NCBI GenBank assembly: GCA_039798445.1
Contig: JBDKFZ010000012.1
Span: 2,407 to 66,406, forward strand
Origin: Candidatus Parcubacteria bacterium
GTDB lineage: Bacteria > Patescibacteriota > Minisyncoccia > Phycocordibacterales > EsbW-18
Length of the DNA stretch: 64,000 nucleotides
Reading direction: 5' to 3'
This document shows positions 39,556-49,600 of the stretch, in pieces; the first letter of the stretch is position 1, and each line of letters starts with the position of its first letter. The position numbers and the translations under genes are program-made. The notes under the pieces were generated by a model, which saw nothing but the letters and a program-made list of their open reading frames with translations, ran no database searches and had not been told where the DNA came from.

Positions 39556-41310
39556 TTATTCCGTAACCACACGCAATACCTCTTCGAGCGTTGTGATGCC
39601 TTGTGCTGCTTTGAACACGCCGTCTTCGAGCATCGTCATCATGCCTTCGCTCTTTCCCTGTGCTTCGATAGCATCTCCAGTCGCACCTTTCATAATGAGC
39701 TCTTTGATCGTTGGTGTGATGCGCAACACTTCGTGAATACCAATGCGCCCCTTGTACCCATCTTCAACATCAGAACCTCCCTTTGGGCGATAGAAAGTGA
39801 CATCATCCCATTTCGCTCCCGTCTTGATGATCTTTTCAGACACGAGAAAACCGAGCATGCGGTCGAGATCGACACTCTTCCCGAGCGTCGCAAGCTCCGC
39901 TTTTGAAAGCGTGTATTCTTCTTTCTTCTCTTTTGCGAGAACGCGCACAAGTCGCTGACCGATTATCACCTTGATCGTCGAGACCAAGAGGAAGGGTTCA
40001 ACGCTCATGTCGAGCATACGAGGAATGGCACCAGAAGCCGAGTTCGTGTGAAGCGTCGAGAGCACCAAGTGACCAGTGAGCGATGCGTTCACCGCGAGTG
40101 ATGCGGTCTCGGTGTCACGAATTTCACCCACCATGATGATGTCTGGGTCTTGGCGGACGAGCGAACGAAGACCATTGCCGAACGTCATCCCAATCTCGGG
40201 CTTCACCTGTGTCTGATTGATGCGTGGCATCTGATACTCAACCGGATCTTCAATGGTCGAGATGTTAACGTCCGGCGTGTTGAGGATATCGAGCACGGTG
40301 TAGAGCGTTGTTGTTTTACCCGAACCAGTTGGTCCTGTCGTGAGAATCATTCCTGTCGACTGTTTCGTCGCCCAGTGAATCGCCTCGAGGCCTTCGCCAT
40401 GAAAACCAAGTGATTCCAGTGTGTATCCTCCCCCACCTTCACGAAGCACACGCATAACGGTTTTCTCACCGTAGTATGTCGGCAATGTCGACACACGGAA
40501 GCTCACTTTCTCACCGTCGAGATCAATCTTGAATCGACCGTCTTGTGGTAAGCGCTTCTCATCAAGCTTGAGGCTCGAAAGCACTTTGATGCGCGCAACA
40601 ATGCCCGGCGCCGCCTGCTTGGGCAATGTCATCGCGTCGTGCAACAGACCGTCGATACGATAACGGACCAAAAGCTCGCGCTCCATCGGTTCGATGTGAA
40701 TGTCAGATGCACCTTGGACAACGGCGTGTTTGATAAGCGTGTCGACGATGCGGACAATCGGGAGATCCTCGGCCATCTTCTTGAGATCCTCACTCGACGC
40801 TTCGGAGCCATCACCTTCGGTAATTGCAACAAGCGATGCCGCCTCGGTGCTAATAATATCGCCGAATTCTGCCTTGAGGCTCTTTTGATATTGAAGAAGG
40901 GCACGCTTCACCGACTCGGCATCAGTAAGTCGCGGAAGGATCGAAAGACCAGTCTTCTTTTTGACGAAGTCGATTGCCTGCAAGTCGCCAACATCGAGCA
41001 TCGCGACTTCAAGGCCGTGCGAACTCTTGCCGTAGGCGACGATATTGTGCGTGCGAGCGATCGGTTCAGGGATGAGCGAGAGGACCGCGAACTCAACCTT
41101 CTGCTCTTTGAGATCGACGAATGGAATACCGATGACGTGTGCCTTGGCACGACGGACATCGTCTTCGGACAGCGCACCTTCGGAAACGAGCGCTTCTTCG
41201 AGCGTTGTGTCGTTTTTCTCCGCAGCTTTCTCGATATCAGCGAGCTTCGCTTCGGTTACGAGGCGTGCATCGATGAGAAATTGTTTGAACTGTTCGGTAT
41301 CAACGCGCAT
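39556..41310 (-). CDS. pilB: type IV pilus assembly ATPase PilB (GspE family)
   Basis: Walker A GPTGSGKTTT, Asp box, His box, and N-terminal GSPII-like domain. ATG MRVDTEQFKQF at 41310. Confidence 0.9.
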   Translation of the reverse strand: MRVDTEQFKQFLIDARLVTEAKLADIEKAAEKNDTTLEEALVSEGALSEDDVRRAKAHVIGIPFVDLKEQKVEFAVLSLIPEPIARTHNIVAYGKSSHGLEVAMLDVGDLQAIDFVKKKTGLSILPRLTDAESVKRALLQYQKSLKAEFGDIISTEAASLVAITEGDGSEASSEDLKKMAEDLPIVRIVDTLIKHAVVQGASDIHIEPMERELLVRYRIDGLLHDAMTLPKQAAPGIVARIKVLSSLKLDEKRLPQDGRFKIDLDGEKVSFRVSTLPTYYGEKTVMRVLREGGGGYTLESLGFHGEGLEAIHWATKQSTGMILTTGPTGSGKTTTLYTVLDILNTPDVNISTIEDPVEYQMPRINQTQVKPEIGMTFGNGLRSLVRQDPDIIMVGEIRDTETASLAVNASLTGHLVLSTLHTNSASGAIPRMLDMSVEPFLLVSTIKVIIGQRLVRVLAKEKKEEYTLSKAELATLGKSVDLDRMLGFLVSEKIIKTGAKWDDVTFYRPKGGSDVEDGYKGRIGIHEVLRITPTIKELIMKGATGDAIEAQGKSEGMMTMLEDGVFKAAQGITTLEEVLRVVTE

Positions 41311-41376
41311 ATCTTTGCGCTTTATTGTATCAGTTCTACAAAAAAGAGAACGTGAATAAAAACGAGATATGAAAAA

Positions 41377-41406
41377 GGCCTGTGCACCGTAGTGGTACAC
41401 AGAGCC
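41377..41406 (-). terminator. rho-independent terminator after the GC-rich hypothetical gene, upstream of pilB
   Basis: ggcctgtgcacc-gtagt-ggtacacagagcc followed by tttttcat on the minus strand. Confidence 0.55.
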
Positions 41407-41494
41407 TCCATCGTACAACCGATGGTGTGTTGGGCAGTAGTGCCCGAAACAAAGCGAGAACGTTCACGCGGGATGCAAGGGTCGGAGCCTCGTA

Positions 41495-41995
41495 CTACTC
41501 CGCGAGCACGCCGATCACCTCGTAGTCCAGGGACCAGCGGTGGCTGGGGTGTGCGTACCGAGCGCTCATCCGGCACACACCGGCAGCGGTCTTTCTGATC
41601 GTGAGCATCTGCGGTGCGTCATGTCTGTCGGGAATCGTCGGCATGACCACAGACGCGCAGTCCTCGCGATCGTCGCCAACGAGGGCTTCCTGTCCATGCG
41701 GGGCCGTTTCCGGCGGACAAATCGCCCGCCACCGTTCGAACATCTTCAGCAGTTCCGTCGTGGTCGGCCGCTCGGTGAAACCGAAGTCCTTGACCTGACA
41801 CCTTCCGAAAGTGACGAAACGCTTTGGCCCGGGGACGTACTGTCGGCTGCAGAGGACCTCCCTTGTGGTACGGTCGAGACGAACCCCCTTTGCTTCGAGA
41901 CGCGTGATGTGGTCAACGGGGTCAACCCCGCCGATTCTGAGCGTCATCCAGAAGACCAGCGGGTTCGCTACGTGTTGCGGTGCGGCGGTGCTCAT
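41495..41995 (-). CDS. hypothetical protein (166 aa) in a GC-rich island of about 60% GC
   Basis: ATG MSTAAPQHV at 41995 with AAGGAG 7 nt upstream. The plus-strand 351-aa ORF over the same DNA is antisense of this gene and of the neighbouring one, and is rejected. Confidence 0.5.
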   Translation of the reverse strand: MSTAAPQHVANPLVFWMTLRIGGVDPVDHITRLEAKGVRLDRTTREVLCSRQYVPGPKRFVTFGRCQVKDFGFTERPTTTELLKMFERWRAICPPETAPHGQEALVGDDREDCASVVMPTIPDRHDAPQMLTIRKTAAGVCRMSARYAHPSHRWSLDYEVIGVLAE

Positions 41996-42169
41996 GTGGC
42001 AATCTCCTTTTCCTACAGCGATAAAGTGGGTGGAATTCTCTACACGAGAATCACAGTCCACAGGGTACTTCTGTCAGCACAATGCTTTCTTGAAGCCCTT
42101 TTGTCAATCATTGTGATAAAAAAGAAAACCCGCCTCTTTCGAAGCGGGTTTCCCTATTCATCATCCTGT

Positions 42170-43036
42170 TTATCGAATCTCGTAGGTGATTGTCACCGAT
42201 GCCGAAATGCGATTCTCACCAGGAGTGATGGTTGGAGCGACCGGAGCAGCACCGTCGCTGTCCATCGCCATTTCCATCTTGGCGTACATCGGGTAGTAGC
42301 CACCACCGTTTTCGTTAAACGAAACGATACGGACCAAACGGACATCGAGATCATCGGCGAGCTGTTCTGCCTTCTCGCGTGCGTCTTCGATAGCTTCGTG
42401 GCGTGCGTCGCGCTGGAGTTCGTCTTCGTCATCAATCGTAAAGTTTGGACCGTAGATATCAGTGATGCCCTTTGCTGTAACACCAGCGATGAGCTCACCT
42501 GCCTTATCGGTGTCACGAATCTTTACCGAAATTGTCTGGTAAACGTCATAGCCAACCAAGACGCGGGTGTCACCACCGTCCCAAACTGGGTATGACACTG
42601 CCCTCATAGGCTCTGCCGAACCAGTAGAAGTTTCTCCTTCGTACATGACCGGCATGTCATAGACCGGCATGATACCTGCGTCACGATATTCATAACGAGG
42701 GTTTGCGCTGTAGTTTGTGGTTTTGATGTCCTTCTCATCAATTCCCTGTGCCTTGAGGTATTCGATTGCCGCATTCATTTTGATTGCTGCTGCTTCTTGA
42801 GCCTCAGGAAGCGTTGCCGCTTCTTCGTTGACGCTGAAGCTGATCTCGGCGATATCAGGAACAGCAAATACTTCGCCTTCACCGGTGACCGTGATGACGT
42901 TTCCACTCGGATACTGTGAGCCGATATACGGGTACTCGCGGAGCTTGCCGATGGCAAGAATACCAACGTAAACCGTGAGCACGATACCGAGCACATAGAG
43001 AGCTTTCATCGCTCGTTCTTTCATAAGTTGATCCAT
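42170..43036 (-). CDS. SIMPL-domain (DUF541) periplasmic/secreted protein
   Basis: N-terminal TM, then ITVTGEGEVFAVPDIAEISFSV and other SIMPL signature blocks. Confidence 0.75.
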   Translation of the reverse strand: MDQLMKERAMKALYVLGIVLTVYVGILAIGKLREYPYIGSQYPSGNVITVTGEGEVFAVPDIAEISFSVNEEAATLPEAQEAAAIKMNAAIEYLKAQGIDEKDIKTTNYSANPRYEYRDAGIMPVYDMPVMYEGETSTGSAEPMRAVSYPVWDGGDTRVLVGYDVYQTISVKIRDTDKAGELIAGVTAKGITDIYGPNFTIDDEDELQRDARHEAIEDAREKAEQLADDLDVRLVRIVSFNENGGGYYPMYAKMEMAMDSDGAAPVAPTITPGENRISASVTITYEIR

Positions 43037-43098
43037 ACAATAAATACTAAGTGATAATGGTAAGTTCGTTACCGCCCATTATATACCCCTGTGGATGT

Positions 43099-43131
43099 GT
43101 TTCGTTACAGTCGTGTATCATGTAACGAAAC
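43099..43131. promoter_or_regulatory. perfect 11-bp inverted repeat gtttcgttaca-N11-tgtaacgaaac upstream of the ECF sigma gene (candidate operator); a second small palindrome ggtaa-gttcg-ttacc lies at 43058..43072
   Basis: Seen directly in the sequence 19-50 nt upstream of the sigma-factor ATG. Confidence 0.45.
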
Positions 43132-43149
43132 AGGACCCCGACCATATAT

Positions 43150-43692
43150 ATGAGCCAGGACACAGAACGATTCCGCAGCCTCGTCGAACGCCTCAAAAAC
43201 GGCGACGAAGCTGCATTCAAAGAACTCTATGAAAGCCTCTCCGGTCGCGTGTTCTCATATATCATCCCGCGCGTCGGTGGACGCGACGAAGCACTCGATC
43301 TGCTCCAAGATGTCTTTCTCGATCTGTGGTCAGCACGTTTGCGGTTTTCATATGTAAACGACGCTTCGGTCTGGGGGTTCATCTTCTTGATTGCACGACG
43401 TAAACTCGCAGAGCACTACGGCAAGCGCCGTAGAGATTCCGAAATCAGTGAGCTCCCTCAAGAAGACCGCTACGACATGGATATCAATGCTCTCGGTGAT
43501 GTCCATGCAATCGAGCTCGGCATGAAAGATCTTTCAGAGAAAGACCGCGATGTGCTGACACTGCGATACTGGAGTGGGCTCTCATTTGCAGAGATTGCTG
43601 AAGCGAACGGAAAAACAGAGACTGCGGTACGAGTCCACCACCACCGAGCGCTCGCCAAGCTGGAAGCTATCCTCAAAAACCATGGAAACTAA
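43150..43692 (+). CDS. RNA polymerase sigma factor, ECF subfamily (sigma-70 regions 2 and 4)
   Basis: Region 2: RVFSYIIPRVGGRDEALDLLQDVFLDLW. Region 4: LTLRYWSGLSFAEIAEANGKTETAVRVHHHRALAKL. Confidence 0.85.
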   Translation: MSQDTERFRSLVERLKNGDEAAFKELYESLSGRVFSYIIPRVGGRDEALDLLQDVFLDLWSARLRFSYVNDASVWGFIFLIARRKLAEHYGKRRRDSEISELPQEDRYDMDINALGDVHAIELGMKDLSEKDRDVLTLRYWSGLSFAEIAEANGKTETAVRVHHHRALAKLEAILKNHGN

Positions 43693-44344
43693 CGACATGA
43701 AAAAGCTCGAGAATATCCGCATCCGCCCTCTCTCGAACGAGGAGCGTTCACGCGCGTGGAACAGCATTGCATCACGGCTTCCTTCGACACCGGTGCTCTC
43801 ACCTTTTGTATTCCCTATTCACAAAGTGGTCTCATTCGCAGCCGTTTTCATATTCCTCATCGGCACCGTCAGCGCCTCAGATAGCGCTCGCCCCGGACAA
43901 CTTCTTTTCCCTGTCGATATCGCCGTCGAACGAATTGAGTCGTCGCTCGACTCTTCATCTCAAGCAGATCATGCGCAAGAACGTCTCGCTGAATTCGATC
44001 AAACCGTGACAGTAAAGACTGATGACCAGGAAGTGCCGACAGCCGCACGAATGGAAAAGGCGGCGGCACCAATGGCGCCCATTAACCCTCGACCGTCGGA
44101 TGTTTTCTTAGAAGGAGAGCCTGCAAGTGAAGCGACAGATATGATGATGTTCTCAGTGGTACGTGATGGACCAGCACCGACTCCCCTTTCGGCTGAAACA
44201 GAGCAAACAATCACGACGACACGAGCAGCTCTCGAAGAGATTCTCAACAAAGCACTGATGAGTGATGACACCGAGACAGTCGTGGAGATTATGGCAACGA
44301 TTGATGAATTCGAAGCAAAGGTCCGAGTGATGCGCGGACAATAA
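43682..44344 (+). CDS. putative anti-sigma factor (single-TM membrane protein co-transcribed with the ECF sigma)
   Basis: Overlaps the sigma-gene stop. One TM (VVSFAAVFIFLIGTVSA). Start at 43682 (METND) or 43697 (MKKLEN); the ORF-track start 43574 is inside the sigma gene. Confidence 0.55.
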   Translation: METNDMKKLENIRIRPLSNEERSRAWNSIASRLPSTPVLSPFVFPIHKVVSFAAVFIFLIGTVSASDSARPGQLLFPVDIAVERIESSLDSSSQADHAQERLAEFDQTVTVKTDDQEVPTAARMEKAAAPMAPINPRPSDVFLEGEPASEATDMMMFSVVRDGPAPTPLSAETEQTITTTRAALEEILNKALMSDDTETVVEIMATIDEFEAKVRVMRGQ

Positions 44345-44351
44345 ACACTAC

Positions 44352-44440
44352 GCGGCCATCCTTCCTTGTTCCGCTGCGGAACTCGTCGCGCCCTTCGGCG
44401 ACTCCTCGGCAGTCCTCGCTCCACAGGAAGGACGGACCGC
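44352..44440 (+). other. GC-rich nested-hairpin element in the 3' region after the anti-sigma gene (candidate structured RNA)
   Basis: Outer inverted repeat gcggccatccttcc ... ggaaggacggaccgc encloses gttccgc/gcggaac and gtcgcgcc/ggcgac sub-hairpins. It is followed by a canonical terminator. Confidence 0.4.
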
Positions 44441-44458
44441 TTCGTTTATATCAAAAAC

Positions 44459-44480
44459 AAAACACCCTTTCGGGTGTTTT
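44459..44480. terminator. bidirectional rho-independent terminator
   Basis: aaaacaccc-tttc-gggtgtttt. Confidence 0.75.
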
Positions 44481-44503
44481 GCCTAATAGCCAATAGCTTC
44501 TAG

Positions 44504-45232
44504 CTATTTTGTAGCGACGAGGTGGAGCGTGATAGCAATCTTGTCATCGATGATTTTGTCACCGAGGTCTTCGAAGAAACTACCAGAACCGTAGCGGATA
44601 TCCCAGTTTGCACGGTTAAGGATGACTGATGCGTCGGCAATGATTCGCGTATCTGTCTCTGATTCGATCTTTGCAGGGAACGTGATGGTCTTCGTAATAC
44701 CTTTGATCGTGAGATCACCAGTAACCGTTCCGTTCGTTACGTTTTTGATAACGAAGTGAGCTGTTGGGTGTGCCTCGATTGAGAAGAAGTCTTCGGAACG
44801 AAGGTGGCCTTCGAGCTTGTCGACGCCAACCTTTGTGTTGCTCGACGTCATGACCTTCAACGAATTCATGTCGATAGTGAAATCACCCGATGTGATGTTG
44901 CCATTTGCAACCGTAAGGCTGCTGTCACCATTGAGCTTGAGTATGCCGGTGTCGACGTAACCCGGAACAAGTGGCTTGCTGCCCGTCCATGAAATGAGGC
45001 TCTCATCGGCTGAGAGTTTGTAGCTACCATTAACGAGATTACCTTGTGATGGACCAACTGCCGGAGTTGCAGGTGTCACCGCTGTCGTAATTGTTGTTTC
45101 CGTCGTAGTCGTCGCCGGAGTCGTCGTCGAAGTCTCAGTTGGAGCATCAACCTGGTTTGCTTTGAAGGCCCAGAGACCGAGCAGAATGACCACAACGGCA
45201 ATAAGGATGCCGTAAAGCGCCTTTTGATTCAT
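44504..45232 (-). CDS. YceI-like domain protein with N-terminal TM and Thr-rich linker
   Basis: LEGHLRSEDFFSIEAHPTAHFVIKNV and TGDLTIKGITKTITF match the YceI family pattern. Confidence 0.75.
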   Translation of the reverse strand: MNQKALYGILIAVVVILLGLWAFKANQVDAPTETSTTTPATTTTETTITTAVTPATPAVGPSQGNLVNGSYKLSADESLISWTGSKPLVPGYVDTGILKLNGDSSLTVANGNITSGDFTIDMNSLKVMTSSNTKVGVDKLEGHLRSEDFFSIEAHPTAHFVIKNVTNGTVTGDLTIKGITKTITFPAKIESETDTRIIADASVILNRANWDIRYGSGSFFEDLGDKIIDDKIAITLHLVATK

Positions 45233-45262
45233 ACAGATTTAAGTTAAAAACCTAGGAAAAGC

Positions 45263-45817
45263 TTACTTGATAACGTTTTCTACTATACCACCTTTTGAAA
45301 CACGCATTCCATAAGCCCACAATACAATGAGAAAGGCAAAAAGCGTCAGCGACATGACTGGGATGGTTATATACCCAAAGCCACTGACATACCCCTCGAG
45401 ACATGAAACCGCTCCCGGGGCACAGATATACGAGGAAGCCTGGATGGGAAGAATGACGACGTGGTAGATGGCGATAAGGAACCCAAAAATAGAGAGCCCA
45501 CCAACATAGGGAAAGACACCGCGGTCATTGCGGGCGACTGCAATAGTGAGAACAATGAGTTGAGCGATGATGAGCCAACGTTGATAGATACAAAGAACGC
45601 ACGGGGCGAATCCGAGGATCATCGAATAGAAGTAGCTTCCAAGAATAGAAGCGAGCACAACAACAAACATAGTGGCGAGCGCATGCCGACCAACCAAAAC
45701 TACCCATCGGTTGTCGCGTCGAAGAAAGAGACCAACGATTCCGACGATGACGGCGAGTTGCATGAGAAGAACTCCCCATATAATCAAACTACCGACAATG
45801 TTGGGTACTGCTTCCAT
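45263..45817 (-). CDS. disulfide bond formation protein B-like (DsbB/BdbC family)
   Basis: Four TM segments with Cys pairs APCVLCIYQRW and CAPGAVSC. Confidence 0.75.
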   Translation of the reverse strand: MEAVPNIVGSLIIWGVLLMQLAVIVGIVGLFLRRDNRWVVLVGRHALATMFVVVLASILGSYFYSMILGFAPCVLCIYQRWLIIAQLIVLTIAVARNDRGVFPYVGGLSIFGFLIAIYHVVILPIQASSYICAPGAVSCLEGYVSGFGYITIPVMSLTLFAFLIVLWAYGMRVSKGGIVENVIK

Positions 45818-45826
45818 GATGATTGG

Positions 45827-46564
45827 TTAGAAATAGTTTGGTGAGAGAATATCGCCGAATTCTGAAAGCGGGATGTTCGTCTTGAGGATACCAGCCGCAT
45901 ACGGAGCAACTTGATACTGATTGAAGTAGAACGTAATAGATGCGTCCCCGAGCGAGAATACCATATAGTTGCCCTCGTCTGCCTTGGTTCCAGCCTCGAA
46001 CATTTCTTGATTAAAAATCTGATTCGTTTCGAGGTCAGCTTTGAGACGTGGAACCACTGCCTGTGCAATACGCTCGAGATACGGTGCATCATCGATAAAC
46101 AAATCTTTGAGACGGAGGTCCTTGCCGGCATCGTCGTACATAAACGGTACAAGCGACGTGCCGCCGTGCGCTCCCCCAGTGAAGTTGTATTCCTGAACAA
46201 TCATGCCGGCGAGCGTTCCGGACGACCACACTTCCCCACTGATGAATTGCTCGTAGCGCATGTCGCGAGTGGTGAACCCAAGCATATCGAGGTCCTCGGC
46301 TGAAAAAGCGTCGGGGCCATACATCTCATCAAATTCGGCAATGCGCGCCTCTGTGTGTGCACGGACAGATTCGTTGAGAGTCACGTTTGGAGTAGCAGGA
46401 AGATCAACAACCACATGGTATGTCGTTGTCGTTGCTTCGTGTGTGAATGGAAGCGACTCCTCCTCAGGAGGTACGGCAACACCAGATCCTGCGAACTGAC
46501 TGTAGAGAAACCACGCAATTGCCCCCAAAACAAGCGCAAAGAAGATGTTTTTGAAAAAGCTCAT
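45827..46564 (-). CDS. DUF3298/DUF4163-domain (RsiV-like) secreted protein
   Basis: N-terminal TM. C-terminal ITFYFNQYQVAPYAAGILKTNIPL is typical of DUF3298. Confidence 0.65.
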   Translation of the reverse strand: MSFFKNIFFALVLGAIAWFLYSQFAGSGVAVPPEEESLPFTHEATTTTYHVVVDLPATPNVTLNESVRAHTEARIAEFDEMYGPDAFSAEDLDMLGFTTRDMRYEQFISGEVWSSGTLAGMIVQEYNFTGGAHGGTSLVPFMYDDAGKDLRLKDLFIDDAPYLERIAQAVVPRLKADLETNQIFNQEMFEAGTKADEGNYMVFSLGDASITFYFNQYQVAPYAAGILKTNIPLSEFGDILSPNYF

Positions 46565-46587
46565 GTGGTCTATTTTACCATAACAAG

Positions 46588-46609
46588 AACGCCCCTTTTG
46601 GGGGCGTTC
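46588..46609 (-). terminator. hairpin terminator after P4
   Basis: gaacgcccc-ttttg-ggggcgttc. Confidence 0.5.
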
Positions 46610-46637
46610 AAAAACGTATGGAATTCGTCTGATGTGA

Positions 46638-49600
46638 CTAAAGACTATTTACGTATGCCCTCGTTACCGGCCCAAAGAATCCTACAGCAGGAGTGATACC
46701 GACAGGTGCTTGGTATTCAGCCAAAGCTGCTTGTGTAAGAGGTCCAAAGAAGCCTGTGGCTCCGTTTGAGGCGAGCGATTGTGCTGCGGGTCCCTTGTTC
46801 TGTGTCATGAGGAAGAGCTGGAGCTGGAGGACATCGTCCCCTTGTGCACCGAGATCGAGGTCACGGGTGTAGAGGTTGGATGTTGTCGTTGGAGTGCCGA
46901 GGAATGCGAGCATTGCTGGTGACGGGGTGCCGCCTTGTGCGATGAATTGGGTAATGAGGGTGCGGAGAAGGGTGAGAAGGTCGGAGCTTCCGCCTGTTGT
47001 TCCTGAACCACCGCCGCGACGATGAGATGAGCTTCCTCCCCCGTCTTCTTCCTCTTCATCATCGGCTGGCGGGGTTTCTTCTTCAACAACCTCTTCCCAA
47101 ACGAAGACGTCCGTCGAACTATTTGTATCACCCGTAACAAGGTTTGTTGCGTCAGAAACAAAACCTATGATTAAACCGTCATTTGAAATTGCTGGGCTGT
47201 CTGAATATCCACTCCCATCAGAGTTCGACGAGCCCTCAGTTATGTACAGCAATGTGTCTGTTGTACGGTCATATCGATAGACACCCGCATAGTCCCCCTC
47301 TCCATCATCCGTAGTTTGACCGAACGCAACATAGCGACCATCGGCAGAAATGACAGGTGCGTAAGAGGAGTCAGCGTCATCATTTGTAATACGTTCCATC
47401 ACTCCTGTCTCCCTATCAAGCACGAATACATCTTGAACGCCCTCTGTATCATCAGAAACTAGATTGTCTGCGTTGGATGAAAACGCAACATAGCGACCAT
47501 CGGCAGAAATTGCCACACCTCCTCCCGCGATATCACTATTTCCCTCCTCGTCCAAGTCATTTTTATCAACCATCTCCACAGTATCCGCATCTCTGTCATA
47601 CACATACAGGTGGTTATATCCTTCAATGGCTTCCGGCACAAGCAGACCACTCGTACTAAAGGTCACAAAGTTCCCGTTGCCTGATATTCGGACGGCACCT
47701 TGAACGTTTTCTGTGTTTTCTCCTCCTTCATCATCAAGACTCACCCGTTCAATAGTATCGGTGTCACGATCGTAGACAAAAGCATCACTTCTGCTATTTG
47801 TATCATCCGTAACAAGGTTTGTCGCATCGGAGTAAAAAGCGACATAACGACCATCGTTAGAAAGAATAGGATCATATGAAGCCCCATCCCCTTCCTGACC
47901 AAGGTCATTGAGACTTACGCGCTCAACCGTATCAGTGTCACGATCGTACACAAAAACATCGAAGGTATCATTGGTGTCATCGGGGATAAGGTTCGTCGTA
48001 GCTGAACGAAAAGCTACATACCTACCGTCAGATGAGATGCTCGGGGTCTGTGAATTACTGTCTCCTTCCTCACCAAGGTCGCTCACACTTACCCGTTCAA
48101 TGGTGTCTAAATCACGATCGTAGACAAAGACATCGTCCCATCCGTTTGTGTCATCCGAAACAAGATTGGTTGCTCCTGAACTAAAGACGACATACCTGCC
48201 ATCTGTCGAAAGGGAAACATTGAATCCTGTGGAATCGCCCTCTTCACCTTCGTTGTTTACGTTCACACGTTCAAAATCAAGTGCGGGTGGTGCTGGAACA
48301 TCTTGTACCGTAAAGTTCCATGTTGTTTCGTCCGCAATTCCAACATACGAGTTACCAGTACCATCCACAAAAGCTCCCTCGTCAATTAGCAGGTAATACG
48401 CCGTGGCATATTCAAGATCGACGTCTTGATATATGTAGACGTTTTCATCCTCGGCCTCAAGAGCATCGGCATCCGTCACGTCAAAAGTGGCGACAGTGCT
48501 GTCATCAGAAACTTTTTTAAGGGTTATGTTTCCTGTTCCAACAACGACATCTTGATCAAAAACAATCGTTGGGGTACCTCCCGAAAAAACAGTTATCGAA
48601 ACGTCTTCAGCATCATCTGCGGGTGAAAACGTTTCGACCACAGGAGGTGCATCTGTCGTAAAACTCCACTGTGTTTCATCCGAAATCCCAACAAACGGAG
48701 CGCCCCCATCATCTTCGATTGCTCCTGTATCAATGAGCACGTAATATTCTGTTGCCTCTTCGAGATCCGCATCTAAATCAATCTCCAACGTTGTAGTATC
48801 GGAGAGCGTAGCTTTTGGACCGGCAACATCTACTGTTTCGACCAGACTATCGTCGCTTGCTTTGTGAATTGTTATATTTCCCGTTGTTGTCGCAATGTCT
48901 TTATTAAAAACAAGAGTGAGGTTTGTGCCTACAACAACCTCTCTGGCGTTGTCTGAAGGTGTAAAACTGTCTAATACAATTGGCTCTGGTGTTACATACA
49001 ACCCACCCTCGACAGTAGCAACAATAAGATTCGAGCCGTCGGCGTCTGAAGCAACAGCCTGCCAAGCATAGCTATTGACACCTCCCGGCTGTTCTTCAAA
49101 CCACGTATCTCCACCGTCGTCAGAAGAATGTAGACTTCCTCCATTTACCCCCGCAAGCAAATTTGTACCAGTATCATCGGAAGCAACTGACCCCCAACCT
49201 TCAGTCGGAAAACCTGTGGGTTGACGCTCCATCCAGTTTGCACCACCATCACTTGATGTATATACAAGAGTGTTTCCTCCGGCAACGATGAGATTCGAAC
49301 CATCGGCGTCGGAGGCAACCTTGTCCCAGTTTTTTTCGGTGTCACCGGCAGGTCGACGCTCTACCCATGTATCTCCTCCATCGTCGGAGACATAAATAAA
49401 CCCATTAAACGTACCGATAATGAGCACAGAACCATCCGCATCTGAATCAACAGATATGATATTTATCTGTGTCGAAGTTGCAGTATGTTCTTCCCATGTA
49501 TCTCCGCCGTCGAAAGACGTATAGATAGTACTAGTTGCGCTTGTAACAGCGGCGAGATTCGAGCCATCGGCGTCTGAAGCAATACCCGTCCAATATTCAA

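Noticed and set aside
39469-39906. 145-aa plus ORF starting inside repeat A2
   Set aside because: It runs antisense to pilB. The A1 copy of the same reading frame terminates after 36 codons, and the differences between the copies are all nonsynonymous, so the repeat does not encode a conserved peptide.
41540-42595. 351-aa plus-strand ORF
   Set aside because: It lies antisense to two minus-strand genes (the GC-rich hypothetical and SIMPL). The product is Arg/Cys-rich and low in complexity, and the ORF stays open only because the GC-rich DNA lacks stops.
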